Source of the DNA: Patescibacteria group bacterium
Lineage (GTDB): Bacteria; Patescibacteriota; Microgenomatia; UBA1400; PJMF01
NCBI GenBank assembly: GCA_016861085.1
Contig: BOKR01000001.1
Location: forward strand, 579,271-643,270
DNA: 64,000 nt
Direction: 5' to 3'
This document shows, piece by piece, positions 47,984 to 57,945 of the stretch. The stretch's first letter is position 1. Every line of letters starts with the position of its first letter. The position numbers and the translations under genes are program-made. A model generated the notes under the pieces. That model was not told the DNA's origin and searched no databases. It worked only from the letters and a program-made list of their open reading frames with translations.

Positions 47984-48002
47984 GAATTATCTTCCATGAA
48001 AT

Positions 48003-48329
48003 TTATTGTTTTGGCTGAGTCTTACGTTTCTCAATTTTTTGTAGAGAATAAGTGAGCAATTCATCAAGGTCGATTTTTTTAACCCGAGCAAATCTGATAA
48101 TAGTTAACAATAGATCACCTAATTCTTGTCTGTACGTCTCGTCATTTTGTGCTGCTAAATTAGTAGCCTTTCTGCCATGCTCTGCCAGGTAAGCTCTGGC
48201 CATTTCGCCGACTTCCTCTACAAGGCGCAAAATCATGATTGAGCCAAACTCTTGAGTATATCGCTTTTTACCGTCAACACGATCAAGCGCTTTAAAATAC
48301 TTACCAAACGGAGTCTGAAATTTTTGCAT
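48003..48329 (-). CDS. MazG-like nucleotide pyrophosphohydrolase
   Basis: LVEEVGEMAR...QELGDLL. Confidence 0.88.
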   Translation of the reverse strand: MQKFQTPFGKYFKALDRVDGKKRYTQEFGSIMILRLVEEVGEMARAYLAEHGRKATNLAAQNDETYRQELGDLLLTIIRFARVKKIDLDELLTYSLQKIEKRKTQPKQ

Positions 48330-48349
48330 ATACGGGCATTATAGTATAA

Positions 48350-48382
48350 AAAAGCCCATTTTAATTCCCTAAATAGGCTTTT
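48350..48382. terminator. Probable terminator after the large surface protein
   Basis: AAAAGCCCATTT...AAATAGGCTTTT imperfect hairpin with A/T runs. Confidence 0.5.
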
Positions 48383-48405
48383 CTTATGATTTATTTTTAG
48401 TCGAG

Positions 48406-51400
48406 TTATTTCTCTTCAACAGTTATCGACCCGAGCCTTCTTAGCACGAATGCTAGTAAAAGAGAGATTAATGCAAACCACTTTGCTACAGACTGCAATA
48501 AACCTGTTGAATCCCCATAACAACCTGGATCTCTGAGGAGGTAAAACGAGCCAATTAGTAATCCACTTATTGCAAATGCAAATAGTAATTTTCCAAGACC
48601 TGGCTGTTTGATTGCAAATTCTAGTGAAATAGCCAATAAGATCTGTGTGAATAACAAAATGAGTGGCAAGTAGTACTTCCAAGTAGCGCAAGTAGCAGTA
48701 CTCTCACCTAGCACCGAACCAGACTCTTCTTTTTCAAAAGTAGTTGCTTTTTCATCGGTTTCATCGGAACTTTCAGATCCAGTTGTCTCTTCTGATAAAG
48801 TAACTACTGTATTAGTTCCTGTCTGGTTCGACAGACCATTTTCTGTATCTACACCCAAAACCGTACCACTTGCAGGTTCCGGACCTACTCTGAACTCTGT
48901 GGAAGCATCTTTTGAGTGCCCAGCGGCATCTAAAGCTAGGACTCTAAACTCCCACAATCCATCAAATAAGTTGGTCAGTTTGTGTTCAAAAGTCTCTGAA
49001 GAAACAGTGTCACTATATTCTGTACCAGTTACTTTATGTTTCCAAGAAAGTTTATACTCGTGGACCTGCTCATCACCATTTGGCTTGCTCCACTTTCCGG
49101 TTGCGGTTGTTGAACCAATGTTCTCAACCCGTACGTTGAGCGGTCCATTCACTGGAGCAGTTTTGTCGTACTTAACTTCTTTAATACCAAGTCCTGACAC
49201 ATTACCTACTGTATCAACTGCTCGATAATAGAGAATATTTTGTCCTTCTCCTGGAGGAGTAAGTGGAGCTGAATAAACTGTCCAACTACCTGCTGTACTG
49301 TTCCACTGGTACTCAATATGATCAACTGAGTAGTTATCATTTGCAGTCAAAGTTATAGTTGGTTGGGTTTTATACCAACCATTATTTGCATCTGGCAACG
49401 TTGGATTTATTGTCAAAGTTACCTCTGGAATTGTCTTATCATATACAATTTTGATCGTATATGTATCTTCAACATTTCCTGCTTTATCTACTGCGTGAGA
49501 GGTTACAGTGTAGAAACCTTCTGGGGTATCTGGAAGTTGATACTCCCATGTTTGAGCTTCATCATCCCAGATTGCTCTGAATAAAGAAGATTCGTCAACC
49601 CATGTTCCGGCTTCATCATCCCAATATTGAGTGTTTTCTTCGTCTTCACCAAAACCAAGGTGCGAAATACTCAGTAATACGTAATCAACACCAGAAGCAA
49701 TATCTGTTGGCAAATCGGTTGCTGACCCTTCAATTAAACCATCAAAGGTCGAGGTCTGAACTTCTTCACCATCTTCTAAGTTATATGTTGTAATGGTACT
49801 AATTGGATCAGTGGTATCCACAATGAGCTCAACTTCTGTAGCTGTACCTTGGTTACCAGCTCTGTCAATTGCTCTCACTAAAAAGGTGTATGCACCATCT
49901 ACAAGGCTACCTAGATTTGTAACAAAATTTTCAGTGATATCGCTGAATGTTCCATCACTTGCAGTAGCATTTTGCCAGTCAAAAACTGTAGTAGCATCAT
50001 TTGTGTTCTCAACTCTATAACTCACGTTAGCAATTCCTGCTAAATAAACATCAGTTGCCACACCAGTCAAAACTGGGGTTGTAGAGAAATATGCTGAGGC
50101 TAAACTATCCCAGACTGTTGTTGGAGCAGAATTATCAATAATTAATTCTCTTGATTCACTCCAGTTGCTCCAATTACTAGCACTATCTTTAGCGCGAACT
50201 CTCCACCAAAAATGACTATTTGGTTGACCCGCACCAACTGATTTAGTAGTGTTATTCACCCCATTGAATGTTTGCGTAAACTTAACACTTGAACATGCTC
50301 CACTTGTATCGCCTGGGTCATTGTTACAACTTTGGTATTCGTATGAAACGGCATCTGCCACTGAAAACCACTTTTGAGTAAATGAAACTCCTTTAGTTCT
50401 GTATCCGTCAACAGGAGTGTTAAGTCCAGGAGTTGCTGGTACTGTTGTGTCGTAAGTTACTCCATATACATAAGCACTATGTTCAACATTACCAACGCTG
50501 TCTGTCCCTGCTGCCATAATGTCATAAGTACCTTGCGCACTAGGAGTCCATGCGTATGAAAATACGAATGGTTGAGTATCACTACCGTTTAAAATAGTTG
50601 TTATTTCTTGCCAATCATTTTGACCTGCAACACTATAAGAAAGCTTGACCGACTCAACAGTGTTTACATCAGATGAAGAACCTGCAATTGTTATTGCTCT
50701 GTTTGTTGCACCTGAGACTGGCGAAGTAAGGGTGGTAACTGGGGAAATATTGTCAAAAACAAATTTTGCTTTCCCTTGTTGTGGGTTACTATGTGAATTT
50801 GCTAGATCTTCTGCGACTGCAAAGAAACAGTACTCACCATTCAATGCTGCTGTATTAAAAGTTGCATGGTATTTTCCGTCTAATTCTGGAGATAAAACAG
50901 TCTGCTGATCAATTTTACTCATGTTAGGATCACATTGACCGTCAAATCTCTTCTCTGTGTAATATACGTCAACACTTGCCAAACCAATATCATCTGTTGC
51001 ATCAACAACCGCCGTAAATGTATTTGCAAAAATACTTTGTGGAACAGCAGATTGAATTGAGTGAACAACAGGAGCTTGCGCATCAATAGTAAAAGTCACA
51101 GATCGACTATTCCCATGTCCATATCGAACTCCACCTCCTGCAAAATCCTGAGTCTGGAGTTTTAAATAGTAATCGCCACCGCTCAAGACTGGAAGCGAAC
51201 CAGAATAATCTCTCATTAAATCACAAATCAGATAGTTTCCTTCTGATCGAAGATCACACTCTGCTCTATTTACTGTGAAATTACCAACTAGAGAGTTGGT
51301 GACTGTGTACAATGCAAATGTTACACTTCTGACTTGATTGAATTCATCATCAATTCTAATTCTTGCAAAACCATCTGTTGGTCTGTAAAAAATCCCAGAT

Positions 51401-52431
51401 TGTGGATGCTGATATTGGAACCAAGGAATATCAAGCGAGTATACAGTTGCAGTTGGAGCAACATCGTACCAAATTCCGCCGATTTTAACCTGAGCTGTAA
51501 TAGTATGTTCTCCTGCACTCAAAGGAGTCTTTAATCTGTACCACTCTGATCCGGCGGGTGCACCAGCTGTTACTGTTGTTACATTGATTGGACTTCCAGT
51601 ATTTCCATCTACGATAAAGTTTACTTCTGTTGTCGCACTGGGTACTTGGATTTGTGCTGCTAAATCTGTTCCGTTGTTTTCACGAACATACTTTGGAGAA
51701 CCTATGAAAGTAACACCAGATAAATCTGGATCTGGTGCAAGATTTGAATCATACACTACTACAAATACAGTAAAATGTTCTAATCCACTGGCAATAACTG
51801 CATCATCAGTAACTACTTCATTCTCCACAGCAGATGCACTTGACAGCTCTGCAACAGATTCTGCATATTTTATCTGAGCAGAATCTGGGGCACCTTCGGG
51901 TAAAGGTAACTTCAACTCATACTCAAAACTACCGTCTTCCATACTAGAGGTAATATCATATGCAATGTTGCTATATGCACCCAAAGCTGCAACTTGCTCA
52001 GTACTTAACTCAAGTTCTGTAATAGTAAGACTTCCTGCTACTTCCGGTAATCGAGTGAAAGTGATTTGAACTTTGTCATTTTGTGGGGCCGAATATGTAA
52101 CTCCTAGTTCTACTAGAGCTAGTGTTGCAGTACTCCCATCAATCTTCCAAACATTTTCTTCTTGTGTTTCATCAACTACTGTCATGGGAACAGGACCTGC
52201 AGTTGGTTCTACTATCTCTTCAATCACAACTTCTTTTGTTGTTTCAGTTACTTCAAGAACTTCTGTTTCAGGCTCTGCAACTACTTCAACTTGGGCACTC
52301 TGTGTAGCAATTTCTTCTTGTGCATGTGCCTGCGTCGGTAAAAATGCAAAAATTCCAGGCATAAAGCTCTGAAAGAGTAATAAAAACATATTAATAAGTG
52401 AAAATATTGAACGAACGTGTTGCTTAAACAT
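48406..52431 (-). CDS. Large cell-surface protein with tandem Ig-like/FN3 domains and C-terminal TM anchor
   Basis: Signal ending AHA; repeated (D)xxxP and xAxDxAGN Big-type motifs; FN3-like WWRVRAKD..NWSNWS; three C-terminal TMs. Confidence 0.85.
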   Translation of the reverse strand: MFKQHVRSIFSLINMFLLLFQSFMPGIFAFLPTQAHAQEEIATQSAQVEVVAEPETEVLEVTETTKEVVIEEIVEPTAGPVPMTVVDETQEENVWKIDGSTATLALVELGVTYSAPQNDKVQITFTRLPEVAGSLTITELELSTEQVAALGAYSNIAYDITSSMEDGSFEYELKLPLPEGAPDSAQIKYAESVAELSSASAVENEVVTDDAVIASGLEHFTVFVVVYDSNLAPDPDLSGVTFIGSPKYVRENNGTDLAAQIQVPSATTEVNFIVDGNTGSPINVTTVTAGAPAGSEWYRLKTPLSAGEHTITAQVKIGGIWYDVAPTATVYSLDIPWFQYQHPQSGIFYRPTDGFARIRIDDEFNQVRSVTFALYTVTNSLVGNFTVNRAECDLRSEGNYLICDLMRDYSGSLPVLSGGDYYLKLQTQDFAGGGVRYGHGNSRSVTFTIDAQAPVVHSIQSAVPQSIFANTFTAVVDATDDIGLASVDVYYTEKRFDGQCDPNMSKIDQQTVLSPELDGKYHATFNTAALNGEYCFFAVAEDLANSHSNPQQGKAKFVFDNISPVTTLTSPVSGATNRAITIAGSSSDVNTVESVKLSYSVAGQNDWQEITTILNGSDTQPFVFSYAWTPSAQGTYDIMAAGTDSVGNVEHSAYVYGVTYDTTVPATPGLNTPVDGYRTKGVSFTQKWFSVADAVSYEYQSCNNDPGDTSGACSSVKFTQTFNGVNNTTKSVGAGQPNSHFWWRVRAKDSASNWSNWSESRELIIDNSAPTTVWDSLASAYFSTTPVLTGVATDVYLAGIANVSYRVENTNDATTVFDWQNATASDGTFSDITENFVTNLGSLVDGAYTFLVRAIDRAGNQGTATEVELIVDTTDPISTITTYNLEDGEEVQTSTFDGLIEGSATDLPTDIASGVDYVLLSISHLGFGEDEENTQYWDDEAGTWVDESSLFRAIWDDEAQTWEYQLPDTPEGFYTVTSHAVDKAGNVEDTYTIKIVYDKTIPEVTLTINPTLPDANNGWYKTQPTITLTANDNYSVDHIEYQWNSTAGSWTVYSAPLTPPGEGQNILYYRAVDTVGNVSGLGIKEVKYDKTAPVNGPLNVRVENIGSTTATGKWSKPNGDEQVHEYKLSWKHKVTGTEYSDTVSSETFEHKLTNLFDGLWEFRVLALDAAGHSKDASTEFRVGPEPASGTVLGVDTENGLSNQTGTNTVVTLSEETTGSESSDETDEKATTFEKEESGSVLGESTATCATWKYYLPLILLFTQILLAISLEFAIKQPGLGKLLFAFAISGLLIGSFYLLRDPGCYGDSTGLLQSVAKWFALISLLLAFVLRRLGSITVEEK

Positions 52432-52562
52432 AACCAACTTTCTAATCAGAACCAAAATGATTTCGGCTGCTAATTGCATCGTACACCCGCTTGCAATTTT
52501 TGTAAAGCAACTACACTAGAGGTACTTTTTGGGTTAAATATGGATATGCTAAAACAACAGAT

Positions 52563-53630
52563 CTAATGAGTATGCCCCTTGTGTTCCATAGGCTCAATAC
52601 TACCCATCACTTCAACTTCATCTTTTTTTAATTTCATAGCAAATGTTGTTGCTATTAGAGTAGTAAGCGGCACAGCCAACACAAGTCCCATAGAACCCGT
52701 TAGTGTTCGAATTACCTCTTCAACAATTACTTCACTATTAAGAGTGACCCAAGTGGGTACTGACTCATTTATCGTGAATAGTAAAAACAATGGCATATTT
52801 GCGCCTGCATATGCTAAAACAAGCGTATTTACTAAACTTGCAACGTGATCTCTGCCGACTTCTAAAGCGCGATTATACAATTCTTGAAATTTAATCGTTT
52901 TTTTTGCTGCACGCAGCTGAAACACAATGGAAACTTGTGAAACTGTTACGTCATCAAGCACACCCAAAGCTCCAAGCATAATGCCTCCTAATAGCAGGCC
53001 TTGTAAATTAATGTTTGCAGTATTGCCAACTTGTAGAAAGGCTGCCTCTTCGCTGCCGAGACCAAACATACTTGCTGAGACTACTGCCAGATATGAAATC
53101 ACAGATACAAATGCTAATGAGGTCATCATAGAAAATAATGCAATATGGGATTTTAAATTATATCCGTGCGATAAATAAACTGTTGCCGAACCAATCAATA
53201 AACTTCCAAACAAACTAATCAAAATTGGGTTAGCCCCCAACAAAATTTGAGGAATAATAAATTTCAGCAAAACCAACAAACTTGCAATCATACCCAAAAT
53301 CGATAAAACACCTTTTCTCTTCCCAACCCCAATCACAATTACCACAAACAAAATACTCAGCCATATAATAGTAGGCATTCTATACAAATCAGCAATAACT
53401 GTAGATATTTCACCCGGTTGTGATTCAGATGAATACAAAATAACTTGATCGCCTACCTCTCGAAGTTGTCTTTGTGTGATTGGTTGATACTCGTCCCCAA
53501 GAGTTACGGTATACTCATTATTATCATCAGACCTCACCAACAATGACTGAATAAAAAGAGTTTCGTCTGTTGAAAGTCGGGCTTCTTCTAAGATTTTTTG
53601 AATAGTTCCTACTGAGTAACTTTGCTGCAT
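52563..53630 (-). CDS. YibE/F family membrane protein
   Basis: LGALGVLDDVTVSQ, GRDHVASLVNTLVLAYAG, GLVLAVPLTT. Confidence 0.93.
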   Translation of the reverse strand: MQQSYSVGTIQKILEEARLSTDETLFIQSLLVRSDDNNEYTVTLGDEYQPITQRQLREVGDQVILYSSESQPGEISTVIADLYRMPTIIWLSILFVVIVIGVGKRKGVLSILGMIASLLVLLKFIIPQILLGANPILISLFGSLLIGSATVYLSHGYNLKSHIALFSMMTSLAFVSVISYLAVVSASMFGLGSEEAAFLQVGNTANINLQGLLLGGIMLGALGVLDDVTVSQVSIVFQLRAAKKTIKFQELYNRALEVGRDHVASLVNTLVLAYAGANMPLFLLFTINESVPTWVTLNSEVIVEEVIRTLTGSMGLVLAVPLTTLIATTFAMKLKKDEVEVMGSIEPMEHKGHTH

Positions 53631-53654
53631 ACTTTGATTATACAGACAAAAAAG

Positions 53655-53891
53655 TTATTTGACTGTATACCCCAACTTTTCGATTGTATCTTTGATTTTT
53701 TGTGTATCAATTCTATTAGGATCGTATTCAACCACACTCTTTTGTTTCGCATAAGAAGTTGTTGAACTGAAAACCCCCTCTAATTCCTCTAGCTCGCTAT
53801 CAACATTCATAGTACAGCTTGTGCAGTGCATGCCATCAATTGCAAACTCTGCTACCGTTCCTTTTTGTTTGTTTTTAAAAAGATTAAACAT
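53655..53891 (-). CDS. copZ: CopZ-like heavy-metal chaperone
   Basis: IDGMHCTSC...LGY HMA domain. Confidence 0.88.
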   Translation of the reverse strand: MFNLFKNKQKGTVAEFAIDGMHCTSCTMNVDSELEELEGVFSSTTSYAKQKSVVEYDPNRIDTQKIKDTIEKLGYTVK

Positions 53892-55003
53892 TACAGTACC
53901 TCCATTACACCTGTATACATTCCCATAGAACAAGAATACGTGAATTTACCTTTTTTAGTTGGAGTAAACGTGAACGACTGTGAATCAGTTGATTCCAAGA
54001 ACGTAGAAATTCCGAATTCTTTAAACACAAATGCAGCCGCGCATGAGTAAACATCATTTGTTGTAATTGTTAGCTGGACTGGAACCCCAACCTTTACAGA
54101 AAAGTATCGGGGTGAGTACCCGCTATTCATAGCCTTTATGGTGACTTTTTGCACACCATTTTGGACAGGCACTTGCTCCTGTTGAGCTTTTGAAAACCGA
54201 TCATCTGAGAAAAAATATGTAACTGGGCTTGTAATACTTTGCAAAGTAATTGGAGAATTCACTACCAATAAAACCCCATTTATGCTGTAAACAGCCATAC
54301 CAATTAATAAATAACTAGCAATCTTGGTAAACTTTGTATGCCATCCTTCAGAAAGTTTAGCTGTAGCAACTCCTATAATTGCAAAGAGTGGTGACGTGCC
54401 TAAAACAAATGCTGACATAATTAGAGCACCTTGGATTGGATTAGCAGTATTAATTGCCAAAACTTCCATAGCTTGTGTGACTCCACATGGAACAAAAATA
54501 GTTAAGAATCCTAAAAACGCTGGAGCAAACAAAGCCTTACTTTTACTGGAGCCCTTAACCATTCTTTGCACAAACCTTGGTGGCTGAATCATCACAAATC
54601 GAAAGATCGGGTGAACATTTAACAAGTTCATAGCTGTAGCAAACATGAACAAAGCGGTGAACATTTGAAATGTCAAACGAACTCCGAGACTCAATGAGAG
54701 CCGCTCACCCAAGAATCCTAAGAAAAACCCTAGGATTGCATGCGAGACTAATTTTGCCAACAAAAACATTGTCACCGGCATCCAATCAAGCTGATCGAAC
54801 GTTTTAAGGCTCGAGCCTTTTTGTATCTTTGCTAAATATGTAGCTCGTTTCTGTGTTTTTAGTGTTTCTTTGTCTGCCTCAATATCATCAATCTCTTGTT
54901 CTTTTTGATTCGCAATGACACTGGTTAATAGCCCACCCTGAACTGCTAAACAAGCCAAGCCTCCTGTTGTGAGCCCAGTTAAAAATATTAGCCATAAGTT
55001 CAT
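53891..55003 (-). CDS. DsbD_2/TauE-like membrane protein with C-terminal cupredoxin domain
   Basis: GGLACLAVQGG, FVPCGVTQ, FVLGTSP; GYSP...F.PTKKGKFTYSCSMGMYTG. Confidence 0.85.
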   Translation of the reverse strand: MNLWLIFLTGLTTGGLACLAVQGGLLTSVIANQKEQEIDDIEADKETLKTQKRATYLAKIQKGSSLKTFDQLDWMPVTMFLLAKLVSHAILGFFLGFLGERLSLSLGVRLTFQMFTALFMFATAMNLLNVHPIFRFVMIQPPRFVQRMVKGSSKSKALFAPAFLGFLTIFVPCGVTQAMEVLAINTANPIQGALIMSAFVLGTSPLFAIIGVATAKLSEGWHTKFTKIASYLLIGMAVYSINGVLLVVNSPITLQSITSPVTYFFSDDRFSKAQQEQVPVQNGVQKVTIKAMNSGYSPRYFSVKVGVPVQLTITTNDVYSCAAAFVFKEFGISTFLESTDSQSFTFTPTKKGKFTYSCSMGMYTGVMEVL

Positions 55004-55069
55004 AATTCGTTACTTTCTATACTACACAGTGTAATACTAAACAAGTTTCACGCAACATGCAATAACCTG

Positions 55070-57379
55070 TTACAATTTCACTTTCTTTAACCGTAATGAG
55101 TTTGCAACGACCGATACGCTAGACAATGCCATTGCTGCACTGGCTAAAATAGGATTTAATTGAATACCCCAAAGTGGATATAACACACCCATCGCCACGG
55201 GAATTAACACCACATTGTAGCCAAATGCCCATACTAAGTTTTGTCGTATGTTTTTCATTGTCTCTTTTGACAATCTGATTGATGCAGGAACCAAGGATAC
55301 ATCACTTCTCAGCAAAGTAATTCCTGCAGACTCAATAGCTACATCAGTTCCTCCACCCATTGCAATACCAACATCTGCTGCCGCAAGTGCTGGGGCATCA
55401 TTGATACCATCACCAACAAAGGCGACCACCTCTTTTTGTTGACGAAGCTGTGCTACTCTTTTTTCTTTTTCTTCAGGCAGTACCTGTGCAAATACTTTTT
55501 CTATTCCGGCTTGGGAAGCAATACTCTGGGCTGTCTTTTGATTATCACCAGTGACCATGATGGAGGTAATGCCCATTTTCTTAAGTCCTGCCACAACTTC
55601 CTTTGCACTCTCTTTGATTGAGTCAGCAATGGCAATATAGGAAACAACTTCACCCCCATACGCTACATATGAAACTGTCTGACCTTTTTGTTGCAATTGG
55701 GAAACTTGCTCATTTACTGCTTGAGTAATTGTAATATTGTGAAGTTTTAGGAAAGCTTCAGTACCAATGAGTAATTCTTTTTTCTTAACAATGGCCTTGA
55801 CTCCCTTTCCTGAAACATCTTCGAATTTTTCTATCTCTATTTTAGAACTTGTGCGATTTTGTACATCAAAATAGTTAACAACAGCTCCAGCTAGTGGGTG
55901 ATGTGAAAGTTTTTCGACTTCATATATCACTGATTCCAAATGAGTCTGATCTTCTTTTGAAATCTTTCCGACAAAAGTGATAGACTGAACCTCAGGCTTT
56001 CCTTTTGTAATCGTTCCTGTCTTATCAAACAACACTGTAGTAACCTTGTTAGCAACTTCCAGAGCCTCAGCATTCTTAATTAGAATACCATTCTGCGCAC
56101 CCTTACCAACTCCCACCATAAGCGATGTTGGTGTTGCAAGTCCAAGCGCACAAGGGCAAGCAATAATTAATACTGAAATCATACTCACTAGAGATCGAAC
56201 TAAAACTGGTTCTGGACCAAGAAAGTACCAAATCACAAATGTTAGGATAGAAAGCAAGATAACAGCTGGTACAAACACACTAGATACTTGGTCAACTAAT
56301 TTTTGAATTGGAGGACGAGATCCTTGAGCTTGTTTAACCAATTCAATGATATTCGAGAGCATTGTTTCACTGCCAACCTTTTTTGCTTTCATTTGAAAAC
56401 TTCCAGTTGCATTAATAGTTGCCCCAATAACAGTGTCGCCAACTTTTTTGGCTACTGGCAAACTCTCGCCAGTCACCATACTCTCATCAACTGAACTTTC
56501 ACCTGAGACGATTTGCCCATCAACGGGAACTTTTTCTCCCGGTTTAACTTGTAACACATCACCCACTTGCACTTTTTCAATAGCTACTTCAACAATTTTT
56601 CCTGAACTTTCTACCAAGTGTGCGGTTTTAGCTTGCAAACCGATGAGCTTTTTGAGAGCTTGAGAAGTTTGGCCTTTTGCACGAATCTCTAGATATTTTC
56701 CTAGCAGGATTAACGTGATAATAGTTGAAGCAACTTCAAAATAAACATGGTCCTCAACACCAAATTTCATGAAATATTCAGGTCCAAAAACATATTGAAT
56801 AACTACAACGGCTAGTGAATAAAAATAAGCAACTGAAGTGCCAAGTGCGATCAACGTATCCATGTTTGTTGTTTTATTGATCAACGCGGACCATGCACTT
56901 TGGTAATATCGTTTGCCAACCCAAAATTGAACTGGTGTTGCTAAAATCAGCATCACTAAACTGCTCATTAGTATTTCTGGTGCAAATGGAACCATAGCAC
57001 CAATTAGTAATAGCGTTGTTAAAATACCACTCACAATGAGTTTTGTTTTCAAGCTCTTTAATTCCTGTTCACGCTCCTTCTCAGACAGATCTGAGTGGTC
57101 ATGCATACCAATATGGGCAGTATATCCTAAATCTTTCACTGCGCTTGCAGCCGCTTGAGCGTCAAACATTTGTTCATCAATTTCAACGGTAGCTTGCTCA
57201 TTAGCATAATTAACCTGAGCATTTACAACACCTTTTGATTTACTCAACTTTCGCTGCACGTTGGTAGCGCAACTCGCACAATGCATTCCTGAGATATGAA
57301 ACGAAATAATTTTGTCGCTTGCTTTTTTTGCGCTTGCTGACATTTCATCATGTGAGTGGTCCATTTTAGAGTGATCCAT
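55070..57379 (-). CDS. copA: Cu(I)-translocating P1B-type ATPase
   Basis: [42 protein letters not shown]...MALSS. Confidence 0.96.
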   Translation of the reverse strand: MDHSKMDHSHDEMSASAKKASDKIISFHISGMHCASCATNVQRKLSKSKGVVNAQVNYANEQATVEIDEQMFDAQAAASAVKDLGYTAHIGMHDHSDLSEKEREQELKSLKTKLIVSGILTTLLLIGAMVPFAPEILMSSLVMLILATPVQFWVGKRYYQSAWSALINKTTNMDTLIALGTSVAYFYSLAVVVIQYVFGPEYFMKFGVEDHVYFEVASTIITLILLGKYLEIRAKGQTSQALKKLIGLQAKTAHLVESSGKIVEVAIEKVQVGDVLQVKPGEKVPVDGQIVSGESSVDESMVTGESLPVAKKVGDTVIGATINATGSFQMKAKKVGSETMLSNIIELVKQAQGSRPPIQKLVDQVSSVFVPAVILLSILTFVIWYFLGPEPVLVRSLVSMISVLIIACPCALGLATPTSLMVGVGKGAQNGILIKNAEALEVANKVTTVLFDKTGTITKGKPEVQSITFVGKISKEDQTHLESVIYEVEKLSHHPLAGAVVNYFDVQNRTSSKIEIEKFEDVSGKGVKAIVKKKELLIGTEAFLKLHNITITQAVNEQVSQLQQKGQTVSYVAYGGEVVSYIAIADSIKESAKEVVAGLKKMGITSIMVTGDNQKTAQSIASQAGIEKVFAQVLPEEKEKRVAQLRQQKEVVAFVGDGINDAPALAAADVGIAMGGGTDVAIESAGITLLRSDVSLVPASIRLSKETMKNIRQNLVWAFGYNVVLIPVAMGVLYPLWGIQLNPILASAAMALSSVSVVANSLRLKKVKL

Positions 57380-57398
57380 ATTCTTGCCCCTTCAATAG

Positions 57399-57887
57399 CT
57401 ATTCTTCTACAGTATATTTTTCAGGTTCTTTTTTAAATTTTTCCAAACATCCCGAAGCACAAAAATAAAACCGCTCACCATTATGGTCATGAACAAACCC
57501 TGCTGTCTTTGGTGAAAGTCTCATTTCACATACTGGATCATGAGTGAGAGGTACTAAATCGGTCAAGTCTACTTGCAAATCATCAGCGTAATTAGAATTG
57601 ATGTGTTGGTCTACTAACAACGCCCGCACCATATCTGCAATTTCCAAATATTCTGATCGAGCTATTCTGTATGTAATTTGCTTTCCGACTTTGTTTGCAT
57701 CAACGATATTTTGTTCTCGCAAGATTTGTAAATGCTGACTCACATTTGCTTGGGGCAAATCAAGCATTTGATAAATTTCACTAACAGTCAATTCTTGGTC
57801 ACGAAGTAAATGAATGATCTCTAAACGTCTTGAATGTGCTAAGGCTTTAAAAACTTCTTCCTGTAATTTGAATAGTTGATTATACAT
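57399..57887 (-). CDS. ArsR family regulator fused to a YHS/TRASH domain
   Basis: FKALAH.RRLEII, QANVSQHL; DPVCEM...FYFCASGCLEKF..EPEKY. Confidence 0.9.
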   Translation of the reverse strand: MYNQLFKLQEEVFKALAHSRRLEIIHLLRDQELTVSEIYQMLDLPQANVSQHLQILREQNIVDANKVGKQITYRIARSEYLEIADMVRALLVDQHINSNYADDLQVDLTDLVPLTHDPVCEMRLSPKTAGFVHDHNGERFYFCASGCLEKFKKEPEKYTVEE

Positions 57888-57888
57888 A

Positions 57889-57924
57889 ATTGCTAATATA
57901 TTCTAAATTTCGAATATGTGCAAT
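57889..57924. promoter_or_regulatory. Inverted repeat operator upstream of the copper operon
   Basis: ATTGC..ATATTC-N8-GAATAT..GCAAT immediately before the ArsR-YHS start. Confidence 0.5.
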
Positions 57925-57945
57925 AACCAAAATGAAGGCATGTAA

